Shown: positions 1-12,604 of the stretch, piece by piece
How the letters are laid out: each line of letters opens with the position of its first letter
Numbering within the stretch: the first letter of the stretch is position 1
From: Mytilus trossulus
Lineage: Eukaryota
Assembly (NCBI RefSeq): GCF_036588685.1
Contig: NC_086374.1
Coordinates: 4,092,001 to 4,156,000, forward strand
Length of the DNA stretch: 64,000 nt
Reading direction: 5' to 3'
Notes under the pieces: generated by a model
The model's input: the letters and a program-made list of their open reading frames with translations, nothing else
What the model was told of the DNA's origin: nothing
The model's database searches: none
Translations under genes and position numbers: made by a program

Positions 1-725
1 AATAAAGTTGACTTATTACTTAGAAAAACAGACCATAACACAAAAACGTAACACTGAGCAATCAACCATGAAAAATGAGGTCAAGGTCAAATAGAACATG
101 CATGACTGACATATAGATTATAAAATATTTCCATCCACCAAATATAGTTAGCCAACCCGCAAAATGGAAAGGGATTAACATAAGTTGCAAAACTTGTTTC
201 CCAATCCACTATAAATAAATATGTTTAAACTAAACCAAATGTAGTTGACCAATTGCATATGGTATTAATAAAAAAAAGACCAAAACTAAAAAACTTAACT
301 GTGACCACTGAACTATAAAAATGAGGCCAAGGTCAAATAAAACCTGTGTGACTGACAAATAGATATTTAAATATTTCCATACAGCAAATATAGTTGACCA
401 ATTGCATATTGAATTAGAAAAAATAGACCAAAACTCAAAAACTTAAGTAACTTTGACCACTGATGTTACCATAAAAATGAGGTCAAGGTCAGATGACACC
501 TGTCAGTTGAACACGTACACCTTACAGTCCTTCCATACACCGAATATACTAGACCTAATGCCTATAGTATCTGAGATATGAACTTGACCACCAAAACTTT
601 ACCTCGTTCACTGATCCATGAAATGAGGTTGAGGTCATGTGAAAACTGTCTGACAGGCATGCCATGATGACCTTGCAAGGTACGCATATACCAAATATAG
701 TTATCCTATTACTTATAATAAGAGA
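1..725. repeat. Interspersed repeat with internal tandem subunits (tgaggtcaaggtca motif), probable non-autonomous element
   Basis: Motif aaaatgaggtcaaggtca...tgac...atatttccat...aaatatagttgacc recurs at ~75, ~320, ~476, ~620. Confidence 0.6.
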
Positions 726-734
726 GAAAGATTG

Positions 735-805
735 AAAATGCTACACAAAGGAAACAAGTGATCAGTATGCTTGAGTTTCTTATTGACAACATATTTGTTG
801 AATTT
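735..805 (+). mobile_element. Fragment of Penelope-like retroelement reverse transcriptase
   Basis: Reads roughly KCYT..EQVISMLEFLIDNIFVEF (one frameshift), resembling the LEFLIDNIFV segment of Penelope-like RTs. Confidence 0.5.
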
Positions 806-807
806 GT

Positions 808-1135
808 GATACTGTGATATCGTGACACCAAATCGCCGGCACTGCAGCCGTCCCGCTAGACCACACGACCACCTTGGCTCTCAAAAAAGAGCTCTCGGTG
901 GGCATGTGTTACCTTTCCACGTTATATATAAAGTGCCTAGAAAATAAACCTAACGATATTAGAGTAGATTTAATTCGTAACTTCCTCCCCGGCGCCGGGC
1001 TGGAACCTGTACTTTTTATTTCTAACTTCTACGACAACACCGCCTAGCATTGCGCAGAGACCTTATCCTCTCCTCTAACTCTAGCTTATAAAAATAAGCT
1101 TTCGTTTCGGGAGGTGATACCTTGTCGTAGGAATT
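808..1135 (-). pseudogene. Two diverged tRNA-derived (SINE-head-like) units in tandem
   Basis: Minus strand: A-box-like GTGGTCTAGCGG in unit 1 (~856-867) and B-box-like GGTTCCAGCCC in unit 2 (~997-1007); each is preceded by a similar ~40-bp leader; no clean cloverleaf. Confidence 0.4.
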
Positions 1136-1384
1136 AAACAAGGATCTCTAACACAATACACGAAGTATTCTTTTTAGAGTACAGAAATGATCATCTACAT
1201 ATAGATTGCCCCTTCTTGGATTACGTCCGGTAGATTCTTAAGAAAAACAAATGATATATTTTGCCGTTTGATTGAATATGTTTCTTATCAAATCTGGGTG
1301 TTATCATAAAGTACGTTTAAGCCTCCTCTACTTTTGTAGACTTTCCCGTTATTCTTTTGAACTTATTGGAGAAAAAACGCATTA

Positions 1385-2010
1385 AAGATACCAGGCTTTT
1401 AGATTTGTAAGTAAGACACGTGTTTCGTCTCCACAAAAAACATATCATCGACGATCGAATGGGAAAATAGTTCAAATAAACTCATCATATATACCAGGAT
1501 TAAAATTTTACATTAACACCAGACGCGCGTTTCGTTTACAAAAGACTCGTCAGTGACGCTCGAATAAAAAAGGGTTTAAAAGGCCAAAAATAGAGTATGA
1601 AGTTGAAGAGCATTGAGGACCAAAATTCCTAAAAGTTTTGCCACATACAGCTAAGGTAATCTATTCCTGAGGTAAAAAAAGCCTTAGTTTTATTAACAGT
1701 TAACTGCTAATTATGAACATATCAATGAAAACTCAAGTCAACACAGAAGTGCTGAATACTGGACTGGTGATACCCTCGGGTTAATAAATCTCCACCAGCG
1801 GTGACATCGACCCAGTGGTTGCAAATAAACTCATCATAGATACCAGGATTAAAATTTTATATTAACGCTAGAGGCGCGTTTCGTCTACAAAAAGACTCGT
1901 CAGTGACGCTCGAATAAAAAAAAAGGCCAATTAGAAATTGAATAGCAAAGATGACTAAAATTCCTAAAAGTTTTGTCAAATACAGCTAAGGTAATCTATT
2001 CCTGAGGTGG
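1385..2010 (-). ncRNA. Tandem ~350-bp retrozyme-like repeat with type I hammerhead ribozymes
   Basis: Minus strand gcgtca-CTGACGA-gtcttttgtaaac-GAAA-cgcgcGTC-tggtgt at ~1516-1559, a second copy at ~1865-1909, and a degenerate third at ~1410-1455. Confidence 0.8.
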
Positions 2011-2629
2011 TGTATTGAAACATCCAAGAAATACCATAGATAAAGTAAAACCTTTTCTAGTGAGCTATAAATATATGATGATGCATAGATCAAAATATTT
2101 CAAAATAATATCGTGCTTATGAATATTAGATGGCTTGCGAAATAATCATTCATGTTTCTGCTTGCAAGAACTTTTCAGATTGAAAAAATCCTTATATATA
2201 TATATATAGGTGTCATTTATAACAATAACAATGAATACATTATATTCAAACTTTTCCTTGAAAATTCCAATTTTGAATTCAGATTTAATATTGTTTTGTA
2301 TTGTTTTTTGATCACACCATCATGTGTATATAGAAGTCTAAAGTATTGTTAAGCTTGTGCTAATGTTCTCGATGCTCGGCTGTAATAATCTTCATGATAT
2401 GAGCCTGCTTTAGCTGAACCGCACTTATTAACTGTACATCCTGTATCTTGCCACAACGTTCTTTGAATGACCTATGATAATGAAAGAGATGCTATATTAG
2501 CATGTACGTATAGAAAGAAATACAATAATTTGTCATTTATTCTGGGTATTTTATCACTTAAGATAAATTGTTTTTAGATTTTTAGATTAAAAGTCCCTGA
2601 TAGTTACTTAATAATCATTCAAACTGTTT

Positions 2630-5242
2630 TTAGATAGAACCGTATGTCATTGAATTCGTTATCCTTGCATGTGGTATCGTATTATTATTATCGCCTGTAT
2701 TTTGAATGAAATATCCAAGAAAATCCGTAGATAGACATATTTTCATCCTTTGCCATATGATATCTAGTTTTTCCGAATTTTCCGTCCATTGTACTAGTGA
2801 AACATTGTTCCAAATGTATGAAAGTTCTATAGGAATGTCAGATATTGATATATCTTTCACTATTACTAGGATATTTGCCATATTTTTCATCATTTTCTCG
2901 TATTTGACTCTTTCAATTTCGAATAAATAGTCCTTTGAATTTTTAAAAGACGGTGTGATTATAAACATAACATGTCTGCTTTGTTGTATACTTTCAGCCT
3001 CTATGTCAAAACGCGAAACACCAACCAGAAAGTCTCTATCTTTCAGGCAAACTTTAAGTCCCCATTCATCTTCTACTTTAGGAAGTAAGACTGTTTTTAT
3101 CCAATACATAGAATCAGTCTCGTACGAAACATAAAGATCGTAAGTATATTGTTTTTTATATTTTGTTTCAATAAGGTAACGAAATTTTTGGTAAAGAAAA
3201 ACACATATTTCCCAACGTTTGCTATAAATAATCAGAAAAAAGGTACTCGTGATGCATGTTGCCATCACTAATGAGGATATAGTAAGCCAAAGCTTACTGC
3301 TACAACTAAAAAACAAATCATCCATTTTATGATAAGCTTCCAACGTACTGATAATTGTACCATTGTTTATAATACAGTTGTACGAGTCCCTTCCGAATTT
3401 AACTTTTGTCTGTTTCAACCATTTAATAAATTCTAAAGTATTGCAATTACATTCAAATGGATTGTTTCCAAGTAAAAGCGTCAGGCCATGTTTTTTATTC
3501 ATTCTATCGGCCCAATCACGTGTATTACTATCAATGGTTGCCAGGAGATTGTTTGAAAAATCGAGTACTTTAATACTATTGAGTTTCAAAATTGCCATTG
3601 GGATAGACTCAAACAAATTGTTTGATAGGTGAAGTTCGGTAAGGATTTTCATATTTACTAACAGATCTTCGAACAAGCCAAACAGTTCATTTTTTGCCAA
3701 ATCAAGATATTCTAAGGATGTAAACTTGCTGAATATCTTTTTAATGGATGGAGCGTATTTGTTTTTTTCATTAGTTACCACATTATGTAATTTTGCGTCT
3801 CTCCAGATAAGAGTTTTTAGAGAAAAATTTTGAAATTGCTCCATTTCTAATGAAGTTAAAACATATATTACACCGTCAAGAGTAAGAGATTCCAGTTTGC
3901 TTATATTGCATTTTTGAAACACTAAACCTGTTGATGACAACGAATAAGATAGATCCAGTACTCTCAAATTGTTTTCTTTCTGGATGATAAACACTTTTGC
4001 GAAGTCTGTACTTATGACATTGTTTACCAATAACGTTTCTAAAGACTTCGGCAAAAAAATAAAATTATCGGCATAACCAATTTGTAAATCTTTGTCCTGA
4101 TTTCTATCTGGTAACTTACACCGTACCGCAATGTATGAATAAACAAGCGTTTTAAGAGATACTGCATTTCGAAAAAATGAATTCAATTCGTTCATCTGAA
4201 TACCAAAATTAAGGCTAAATCTATTACCCATAAAATTCAAAGTTGTGATGCATTCCGGTCGATAAAACGAAAATAATGAATTTGGCTCGTAATCAACAAT
4301 GCCGTTGTCAGACAGATCCAGATTTTCTACACAGATGGTTTTAAGATATTTCATCATTTCAACCGAAATAGTCATGACATACGGATACTGTTTAGTACTA
4401 AACCTCACACAGTTTAAACTGCTTAGAATTAAACTTTCCATTGTTTTGTTTTCGTAAACATACAACAGCTTCAAAACCTGTATTAAATGTACACATGATT
4501 CAGCAAAATTTAGTTTTATAAGATTTTCAAATTTAGAGAGAACTCCATGTTCAGTCTGAATAAAGTTCCGTCTACATCCTGACAAAACAAGTTCCTCCAA
4601 AAAAGAAGAAAAATTTTCAAATGTATTATTACGCAATAATTTAAGATAACAGTTTTCAAATTTCAAAGTTTTAAGACTTTGTAATTTTTTAAATCCGGGT
4701 CCGAAGTATGGATGCGGAATAACATCTACAGCAAGGAACGAAATCTTTGTCAAAACAGCAAAAGCTTTATCTGGATAATGCTGCGGTGCTGTATTTGTTG
4801 CAATGGTTGGTTTATTTCGACGAATGTCTAAATGGGTCACATTGGCTAAATTTATAAATAACTCAGGTGTATACACATTGAATACATCTAAAGAGTTATC
4901 AGACATATCTATCGATTGTATCTTATATAAACCAGCAAATGCGTCAATATCAATGGTTTTCAAATTATTAAAACTTAAAATGATCTCTTTAAGTATGCTG
5001 TATCTCGAAAACGAGTTGTTCCTTAAAACTGTTATATTATTGTGTGTAAGATCTATGACATCAATATCTGAAGTCAGATTTGTTGGCACATTTCTATAGT
5101 CATTTCCTTTACAGTCAGCAACTTTCATTAAACCCTGAGAGTTGTTTTCCATTCTGATTACACACGGCATCGAGTACTGAAATGAAAGCCACACACATAC
5201 TACTGTAAGTAAGGTCCAATAGTTCCTATCAATCTTCTTCAT
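2630..5242 (-). CDS. Toll-like receptor (single-exon; signal peptide, LRRs, LRRCT, TM, TIR), 870 aa
   Basis: Repeated LxxLxLxxN LRRs, NPFECNC LRR C-cap, TM LWLTISSLVMATCITSTFFLIIY, TIR box1 YDLYVSY and box2 LKVCLKDRDFLVG. Confidence 0.96.
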   Translation of the reverse strand: MKKIDRNYWTLLTVVCVWLSFQYSMPCVIRMENNSQGLMKVADCKGNDYRNVPTNLTSDIDVIDLTHNNITVLRNNSFSRYSILKEIILSFNNLKTIDIDAFAGLYKIQSIDMSDNSLDVFNVYTPELFINLANVTHLDIRRNKPTIATNTAPQHYPDKAFAVLTKISFLAVDVIPHPYFGPGFKKLQSLKTLKFENCYLKLLRNNTFENFSSFLEELVLSGCRRNFIQTEHGVLSKFENLIKLNFAESCVHLIQVLKLLYVYENKTMESLILSSLNCVRFSTKQYPYVMTISVEMMKYLKTICVENLDLSDNGIVDYEPNSLFSFYRPECITTLNFMGNRFSLNFGIQMNELNSFFRNAVSLKTLVYSYIAVRCKLPDRNQDKDLQIGYADNFIFLPKSLETLLVNNVISTDFAKVFIIQKENNLRVLDLSYSLSSTGLVFQKCNISKLESLTLDGVIYVLTSLEMEQFQNFSLKTLIWRDAKLHNVVTNEKNKYAPSIKKIFSKFTSLEYLDLAKNELFGLFEDLLVNMKILTELHLSNNLFESIPMAILKLNSIKVLDFSNNLLATIDSNTRDWADRMNKKHGLTLLLGNNPFECNCNTLEFIKWLKQTKVKFGRDSYNCIINNGTIISTLEAYHKMDDLFFSCSSKLWLTISSLVMATCITSTFFLIIYSKRWEICVFLYQKFRYLIETKYKKQYTYDLYVSYETDSMYWIKTVLLPKVEDEWGLKVCLKDRDFLVGVSRFDIEAESIQQSRHVMFIITPSFKNSKDYLFEIERVKYEKMMKNMANILVIVKDISISDIPIELSYIWNNVSLVQWTENSEKLDIIWQRMKICLSTDFLGYFIQNTGDNNNTIPHARITNSMTYGSI

Positions 5243-5857
5243 ATTGAAACTAGTGATTCTGTATCATATAACAGATAACATATACTATGATTTAAATGCC
5301 TTATTTTCATTATGAAAGTTCACACAGATGTAGAACAACCCATTTGTACTTTAAATGAGCGGAAAGACGCATCATCAAAAACCGCCTCCATTGTTTGTAA
5401 CATGTGTAAGTGGTACTCAAAGACTCACTTTCAGGTGCTATTGTGTTGGAATACACGAGACGGAAATGATCATTTAATATAAGTGGTATACTACAATTTT
5501 TTGAAGAAAAAAGTGAAATATAAGTATTGATGATTATTAATTATCAATTCAACAATACCATTTAGCGATCACGTACGCGTTTTTTAATTGAAAAGAGGTG
5601 CGATATAGAAATGATGACTGTTTAAATGCGTACATAAGTACTCCGTTTGAGAGCAACTATAGCAAGAGGATCTGCAAGTTATAGTAAAATAACCTCTGAT
5701 CTGCTTTGAGATAACGACCATAACCATGATCATGATTAACGTCAATGCATAACCAAGGCAATGGCTTGTTAAATTATTACGAATATGATCACATAATGTA
5801 CAAGACTAACGCGTTGAACCTGATGTTTTATTTGCTAGCCAACAGGAAGACATGTAA

Positions 5858-6095
5858 TTATAGTTATCAAAGGTACCAGGATTAAAATTTAGGACGCCAG
5901 ATGCGCGCTTCGTCTTCATAAGAGCTAATGCGGCGTAAAGCAACCAACAATCAATCAATCAATCAATCAATCTACATAAGAGTCATCAGTACCGCTCATA
6001 TCAAAATATTTATAAAGCCAAACAAGTAAAACGTTGAAGAGCATTCAGGATACAAAATTCCAAAAATTGTGCCGAATACGGCTAAGGTAATCTAT
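5858..6095 (-). mobile_element. Degenerate retrozyme copy interrupted by a short (CAAT)n-tailed retroposon 3' end
   Basis: Hammerhead repeat split at ~5924-5971 by gctaatgcggcgtaaagcaaccaa(caat)n, flanked by the duplication cttcataaga/ctacataaga. Confidence 0.65.
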
Positions 6096-6625
6096 GAATA
6101 TATGGCAACATATTACAATCTCCTACTGTCCGTATTAAATTAGGAGAAAATATATGATTTACAATGGTACAACCATCAATCAGATTATCAGAGTGAAAGT
6201 TATATTTATTGATGCAACTGCAGTCAATTTCATAAGACCATTGTCCACAATATTCAAGTACGCTGCTTTACCAAAATTACTTACTGAACTGAACAATATC
6301 CGATTAAAACAAGTCTAAAAAGTAAAATCATAAAACTACCGAACTTAGGGGAAAATTCAGAACGAAAGTCCCTATTCAAATGCCTGAATGAAATGTCCCA
6401 AAAAAGTCAAATAAATGAATAACAACTGTCATAATTTTGAATTGGAACAGGCATTTTCTTATGTATATTCGTTAACAAAAATCCTATGAGCTCATCTCGA
6501 AGTTCATCAGTATGAACTACAATCACTGATCTTTTTTTCAATTGTTGTTCACTTATCTGCAAAATATACTATAGGCACTGCAGGAAATGTGATCTTCATC
6601 ATGAGATCAATTGAAAAACTTTCAA

Positions 6626-7204
6626 AGGAGTAGGGGCATTAAGGGCTAGTTTTGGCCCAAGAAAATAAAATGTTTGATAACCATTTCAAATTGACACATA
6701 ATGTTTAGAAATGCATTGGGTCAAGAAATATAAATTAAAAACAGAAAGATTTTTATCTGAAGACGTCAGAATTACGTCATAATGTGTACTGTTTTCACAA
6801 AAACGATGAAAAATACAGAATTTATGCAGTTTTCTATCAATATTTCCATTGAGGAAACATCCTGCGCAGCCGAGAAACAACAAAATAATTTAACAGAAGC
6901 ATTATTATAACTATTGGCATAATCTCACCAAAAATAAAGTTGTTTCTTGGGTGCGCACATACTTTTTCAATCTAAAATATACTTAAAATATGATGTAAAA
7001 ACAAAGAAAATCACGAAATTTTACAAAATATGCAAATTAGGTCATGATTTGTTGCCATGGTAACTTGTTTGATGTCAAATTTGTTTTGATTTTCTTAGTA
7101 CCTTATACCTTAGTTAAGTTTTCATTTATTTAAAAATATGTATGATAACTTTTAAATTTGCAGTTATTTTTGGGCCAAATAAGGGCCTTATTGCCCCTAC
7201 TCCT
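6626..7204. mobile_element. Non-autonomous TIR DNA transposon (Kolobok-like)
   Basis: Terminal inverted repeats aggagtaggggcattaagggc / ggccttattgcccctactcct; flanks tcaa and ttga resemble a decayed TTAA target duplication. Confidence 0.7.
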
Positions 7205-7229
7205 TTGATGAGAAAAAATAGATACCAGC

Positions 7230-8580
7230 AAAATACTTGAAACCTTTAAGGACATATAACCCACTAGGAAATCCAATTACATGAAAACCATATGTATGAG
7301 AACTCAGAAAAAACAATAGTTTTGGAGCATAGAAACAACAGCCTAACGCAGCCGAAGGTTGAAACGTATGGAGGATTACAACCAAAAGATAGGGAGACCA
7401 AATTAGTGAAAAGTTTAGGGACATGAACACCGATTGTTTAGGAAGCCGAATGCATGAAATGTTCTTGAGCATCAAAATACAAGTATTGAAACCCAATTAC
7501 TTTAAACGATTTGGAGCAAAAAAATAAAGTTTCGGAAACCAAATACATGAAACGTTTTGGGGCATAGAATTGACAAGTAATGGAACCCGAATACATGAAT
7601 AGTTTTGGTGTATTATACAAAAGATTGGGAAGCAGAATATATGAAACATATTTTAGCAAAACAAATACATTAAACGGTTAGGGTATAAAAACAAATGTTT
7701 TGGAAGCCAAATACATGAATTGTTTTGGAGCATATCAAAACAGTTCAGGGAGCAGAATACATAGAACATATCGGGGTATAAAACTAAAACTTTGAGAATA
7801 CAAAAAATTAAAAGTTTCGTTAAAAGAAATGAAAAGTAAGGGAATCCGTATACGTGAATAGTTTTGGATCATTAAACAACTGTTTAGGTAGCAGAATACA
7901 TAAAACATATTGAAGCATTAAACTTTGAGAAGTAAAATAAAACCAGCATTTTGGAGCATACGAATGGCAAGTATGGAAACCTGAATACATGAAACGTTTT
8001 GGGGCATAGAATTGACAAGTAATGGAACCCGAATACATGAATAGTTTTGGTGTATTATACAAAAGATTGGGAAGCAGAATATATGAAACATATTTTAGCA
8101 AAACAAATACATTAAACGGTTAGGGTATAAAAACAAATGTTTTGGAAGCCAAATACATGAATTGTTTTGGAGCATATCAAAACAGTTCAGGGAGCAGAAT
8201 ACATAGAACATATCGGGGTATAAAACTAAAACTTTGAGAATACAAAAAATTAAAAGTTTCGTTAAAAGAAATGAAAAGTAAGGGAATCCGTATACGTGAA
8301 TAGTTTTGGATCATTAAACAACTGTTTAGGTAGCAGAATACATAAAACATATTGAAGCATTAAACTTTGAGAAGTAAAATAAAACCAGCATTTTGGAGCA
8401 TACGAATGGCAAGTATGGAAACCTGAATACATGAAACGTTTTGAAGCACAAACAACAGGTTGTTAAGCACATCGGAGCACAAAAATAAAAGGTTGAGAGC
8501 CAAATACATGAAACATTTAGGGGCATAAAACCAGACTGAGAACCCAAAGACATGAAACGTTTCACGGAAAGCAACATACA
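7230..8580. repeat. Complex minisatellite (~43-bp degenerate subunit) containing a near-exact 442-bp tandem duplication
   Basis: Subunit aatacatgaaacgttttggagcat; 7542-7983 is repeated at 7984-8440 (identical ORF starts 442 bp apart). Confidence 0.85.
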
Positions 8581-10782
8581 GAACAAATAGAAATCCCTTC
8601 CTACGATATCAAAGGGCATCACGATCGTGTAATCCGGAAACCATGGTGGACCATCAGTCCCTAATGAAAATTCTTATTTACAAGTGCTTCTGTAGTGGCT
8701 TCAAATAAAAAGTCAGAATGTAAACTTTTACGTTATAAATCATGTAACTAGACAAAACACAGTATTATGGGCAATGAAATCGGTTTCTTGTGTCACAAAC
8801 GAAAAAGGTGAAAAAGTTACGAATTTTGTCAGAACTCCGTCAAAGCATATCTAATTTTACAGAAATGCAAAAAAGCAATGAAAGACGGAGATGCAGTTAG
8901 TTGTTGATATATATATGATACTGGTCGTATGTGCACAGATTAACCATCCGTCTCGATTCATCGTTTAATTTTCTCACTTTATCAACTGGCGATTCGATTG
9001 TAATTGTTCTTGTCTTCTATTAGAGTTGAAATATTGTTTTGGACATTCAAACTTTTTTTTCATTTGTCCTTAATTGTTAAAGACAAAATCTGATAAAATA
9101 ACACGAATATAATCCCTTTTTTGTTTGTAAACCAGCAAACGACTGGTTATGTGATTTTTTCAGAGGGAGGAGGTTTAAACGGCCAGCATGAACGGTTGTC
9201 GTATCTAGGTCAAATATGTCAATTTTCAAATGCAGCACATTACAGTCATATCAAATGAATAAGTAACAACATGTGCATCATTTAAGAGTTTGGAAGTGTT
9301 TTAAATTAAGGAAATATATTAAATGCATGACAATTTGATAAAATTCATTATTCTGCAGTAGTCAATATAAGAATGTGCAAACAAATTTTATTAGATTTAG
9401 AGAATGGGTTTATTCACAAAGCGAAAGAAGCACGTCATATTAAAATTACAGGTCGAAATAACTTAAGACTTTAACACATAATACATTCAAAGGTCAAGAA
9501 ACGAGATAGTTATTACTGCTATACGTAAACAAATCGAAAAGTAAATCATGACAGACAGCAACAAATGACAACAACTAGTTTCTGTCTCCTGACAGAATAT
9601 GACTGGATTAACACGTTTATTAGTATTCAATTGCTACGTGCTATTATACCGTGTGACTACCGAGTGTATTTAGTTTTTAACGCGGACATTAAACCGATTC
9701 CTTTACCGAATCATATATTTCATTGCCTAAATTAAATCATTCCAGCCACACGTCTTTATATATTTAATTAGTTATCAAAAGAACCAGGATTATAATAAAT
9801 ACACGTAGTTACTAGACTCTATTTTTAAAATTTTATTTGAAGATGTGGCATATGTATTTCCTACTGGTAGTTAATCTTTGAAACACGGTAATTTTAGACT
9901 TAAGACCCAATAGTGGTCCTCGGCTGTGTTCTGCTATTTGGGCGGACTGTTGTCTCTTTGACACATTCCTCATTTTCGTTCTCATTTCTATCAAGTTATT
10001 GTATTTTTGGTTTTAAATATTTCATCATCCATTAGATTAATCATTACAACTGAGAAATTTGTGAATAATTCATATTAATAGTACGTGTCACTTATTGTTT
10101 CTCATCCGGAAATTAGCTTCAATTTGCACTGACATGAACCCTCTTATAAGTTTTATTTTCTGAAAATTTTAGGATCAACTTTCCGACTGTTGAAAATCGG
10201 TTACAAAAAATGAGGCGTGATGTGAAATCAAGATTCAAATACTAGAAACAATGTTATTTGAAACAGTGCAAGTATTGGGAAAACATTAAAAACTGAAACT
10301 CACTCACTTAGAGTTCCCTGTCATTAGAGTATCTATAATTGTTTTTCATGGAGAACCCTAGTTTATTCATTTTTTATTTCTGAAGGGCTAAGAATATGTT
10401 TTGCGTTTTTCCGTCAAAAGAAAGCAACTGGTGACTCATTACCTTCAAGACTGGTGCAGGAAGGTTAGATAATCTCAAATCTTTTTTGTCAAACATGTCT
10501 GAGTTGTAAAATATTGATATTAATAAGAAAAACGGAAAACCATCTCTTAAGCTTACCTCGTGATAGATGTTGGGAATTTCTCCGTTTTTTGAAAAAGGAA
10601 GTATTTAGATTTCCAATATCATATAAGTTCAAAAGATTACCAGTATTGTAAACTGTAATACAGGAACACAAACGTGGTAAGTTGTATGTCTAAAGAATAA
10701 TTACAATAAGTCGGAGAAGTAAACAAATTATTTTTCAAAGTCATGGTATTAAACTTTTTTTTTCAAAACTTATTCGTACCAA

Positions 10783-10975
10783 TAAAGGTAATAGTAGTAT
10801 ACCGCTGTTCAAAACTCATAAATCCATGGACAAAATCAAAATCGAGGCAACAAACCAAAACTGAGGGAAACGCATTAAATATAAGAGGAGAACAACGACA
10901 CAACATTAAAATGTAACACACACAGAAACGGACTAAGCATTAGACAAAATCTTATGAGAATAACAAATATAACAG
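10783..10975 (+). repeat. Interspersed repeat family (aaaggcaacagtagtataccgctgttcaaaactcataaatccatggac)
   Basis: Copies at ~57075, ~62902 and, inverted, at 17061-17172. Confidence 0.8.
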
Positions 10976-12604
10976 TTTTCTTGCTAGATCTTATGGGGAG
11001 ACAGGGTATAGTCAAATGTTTCATACATGGTATTTGTATTGTATGTTGCCCTTTAATATATTTTTTGGTACAAAAATGTTGGGTTGTGTATTTTTACTTT
11101 CAGTCCACCCCTTCCAAAAATGTAGCATGGCATTTCTAATTGTTGTTGTTACTTTTTAAACCAATGGGATGATAAAAAATGCGTCACACTAAGAGCTTTG
11201 CAATTAACTAAGGTATATGAACTTCATATAAAATGTCATCGTATATTGTTATATAAGAGGACATATTCTGTAATATATTTCACCCGACCGTGCAAGGGCT
11301 GTATAGCCAGTCAAGGTCGTTAAAAACTTCCATTTGTGATACATTACACTTTATTATCGGGAATATTTATATGGCTTTTTTCAAACCGCATACTTAAATA
11401 GAAATTGCTATCTTATTTATAAAAACTTTAGTCCGTGTTCTCCTCAAAAGATGTTGATTGCTTTTTACGTTTCGTGAATGTAAACCACAAACATTTATGA
11501 AAGTTAACCTTTATTTCGAATGATAGCATACTATGTTCATTCAAAATAATAATAATGGAGTCTGGGCTGTTCTATTATGAATAATGTATTGCACAGAACA
11601 ATTATAAAAGGGATTTTTATTTATTTAAAATTCTCCAAACGACAGTTAAGTAGTGGACACAGTAATACTGATAATGAAATCTCATTAATCAAGTAGGAAG
11701 ACAAAAACTGAGAGATGAGTTGAAGTGGCTTATATATATATTATTGTACACTTACACCTCGTATAAGGGAAGGTCATCTGAAAACAGATTTTCTATCTTT
11801 TATTTCCATTTTTTTGTTCGTGTTACATGAATTTTGTAGATTATATTAAGATCATATATTTATTTGATTATTGCTGAATGCCTTTTTCCTGACAATAGAT
11901 CTAGGAAGATGTGGTGTGAGCGCCAATGAGACAATGCTCCATCCAAATAACAATTTGAAAAAAGTAAACTATTAAAGGTCAATGTACGGCCTTCGACACG
12001 GATCCAACAACAATGTCCATCACTTGTATGGCAGATGATTATCATCTGATGAATATTCTCGCAACAGTGTGTTTATTCGAAGAAAAATGGTAAAGTAATA
12101 GTAATCCAAGCTATGGGGATCTCGAAGAGGCGATCCGGCTCAGATCACCCTAGTAGAACAAATAACTGAGCTGGGATGAATATAAATAGAATGTAGACAT
12201 GATTTGTCGAAAAAATCGAAACTGTAAGTGAACTGGTAAGATATGGCGTTAGCCATACGGTGTATGCGATCATATACAGCCGGAACATTACATGATTTTC
12301 AGAAAAAAGTTAGTACTTGGTATCATTACAAACTATTGTGCTGAGAGGATATAAATATCCGGTAAATGATCAAGTATCTTAAGCAATTAGTTGGAATATA
12401 ACTATTGTTATAAATCACTTCCTTTGTCGATCTTTGTCATTTCCAAAATCTTCAGATTAGAAGTGGAGTTATGGTCGGGGGCCAATAAAAAGGAACACAA
12501 AACAAAAAATAGATGTAAGTCGCTATCTATGGGGTTATAATGATTAAAAGTACGCATATATATTTCGGTTTATATAAATGAAATCTCAGTCAGGTTTCAT
12601 CAAT

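Noticed and set aside
2706-5099. Plus-strand ORFs overlapping the TLR (and 18452-18667 opposite the oxidase)
   Set aside because: Antisense shadows of real coding sequence
7197-8622. Short minus-strand ORFs
   Set aside because: Translations of the minisatellite and its duplication with no domain signature
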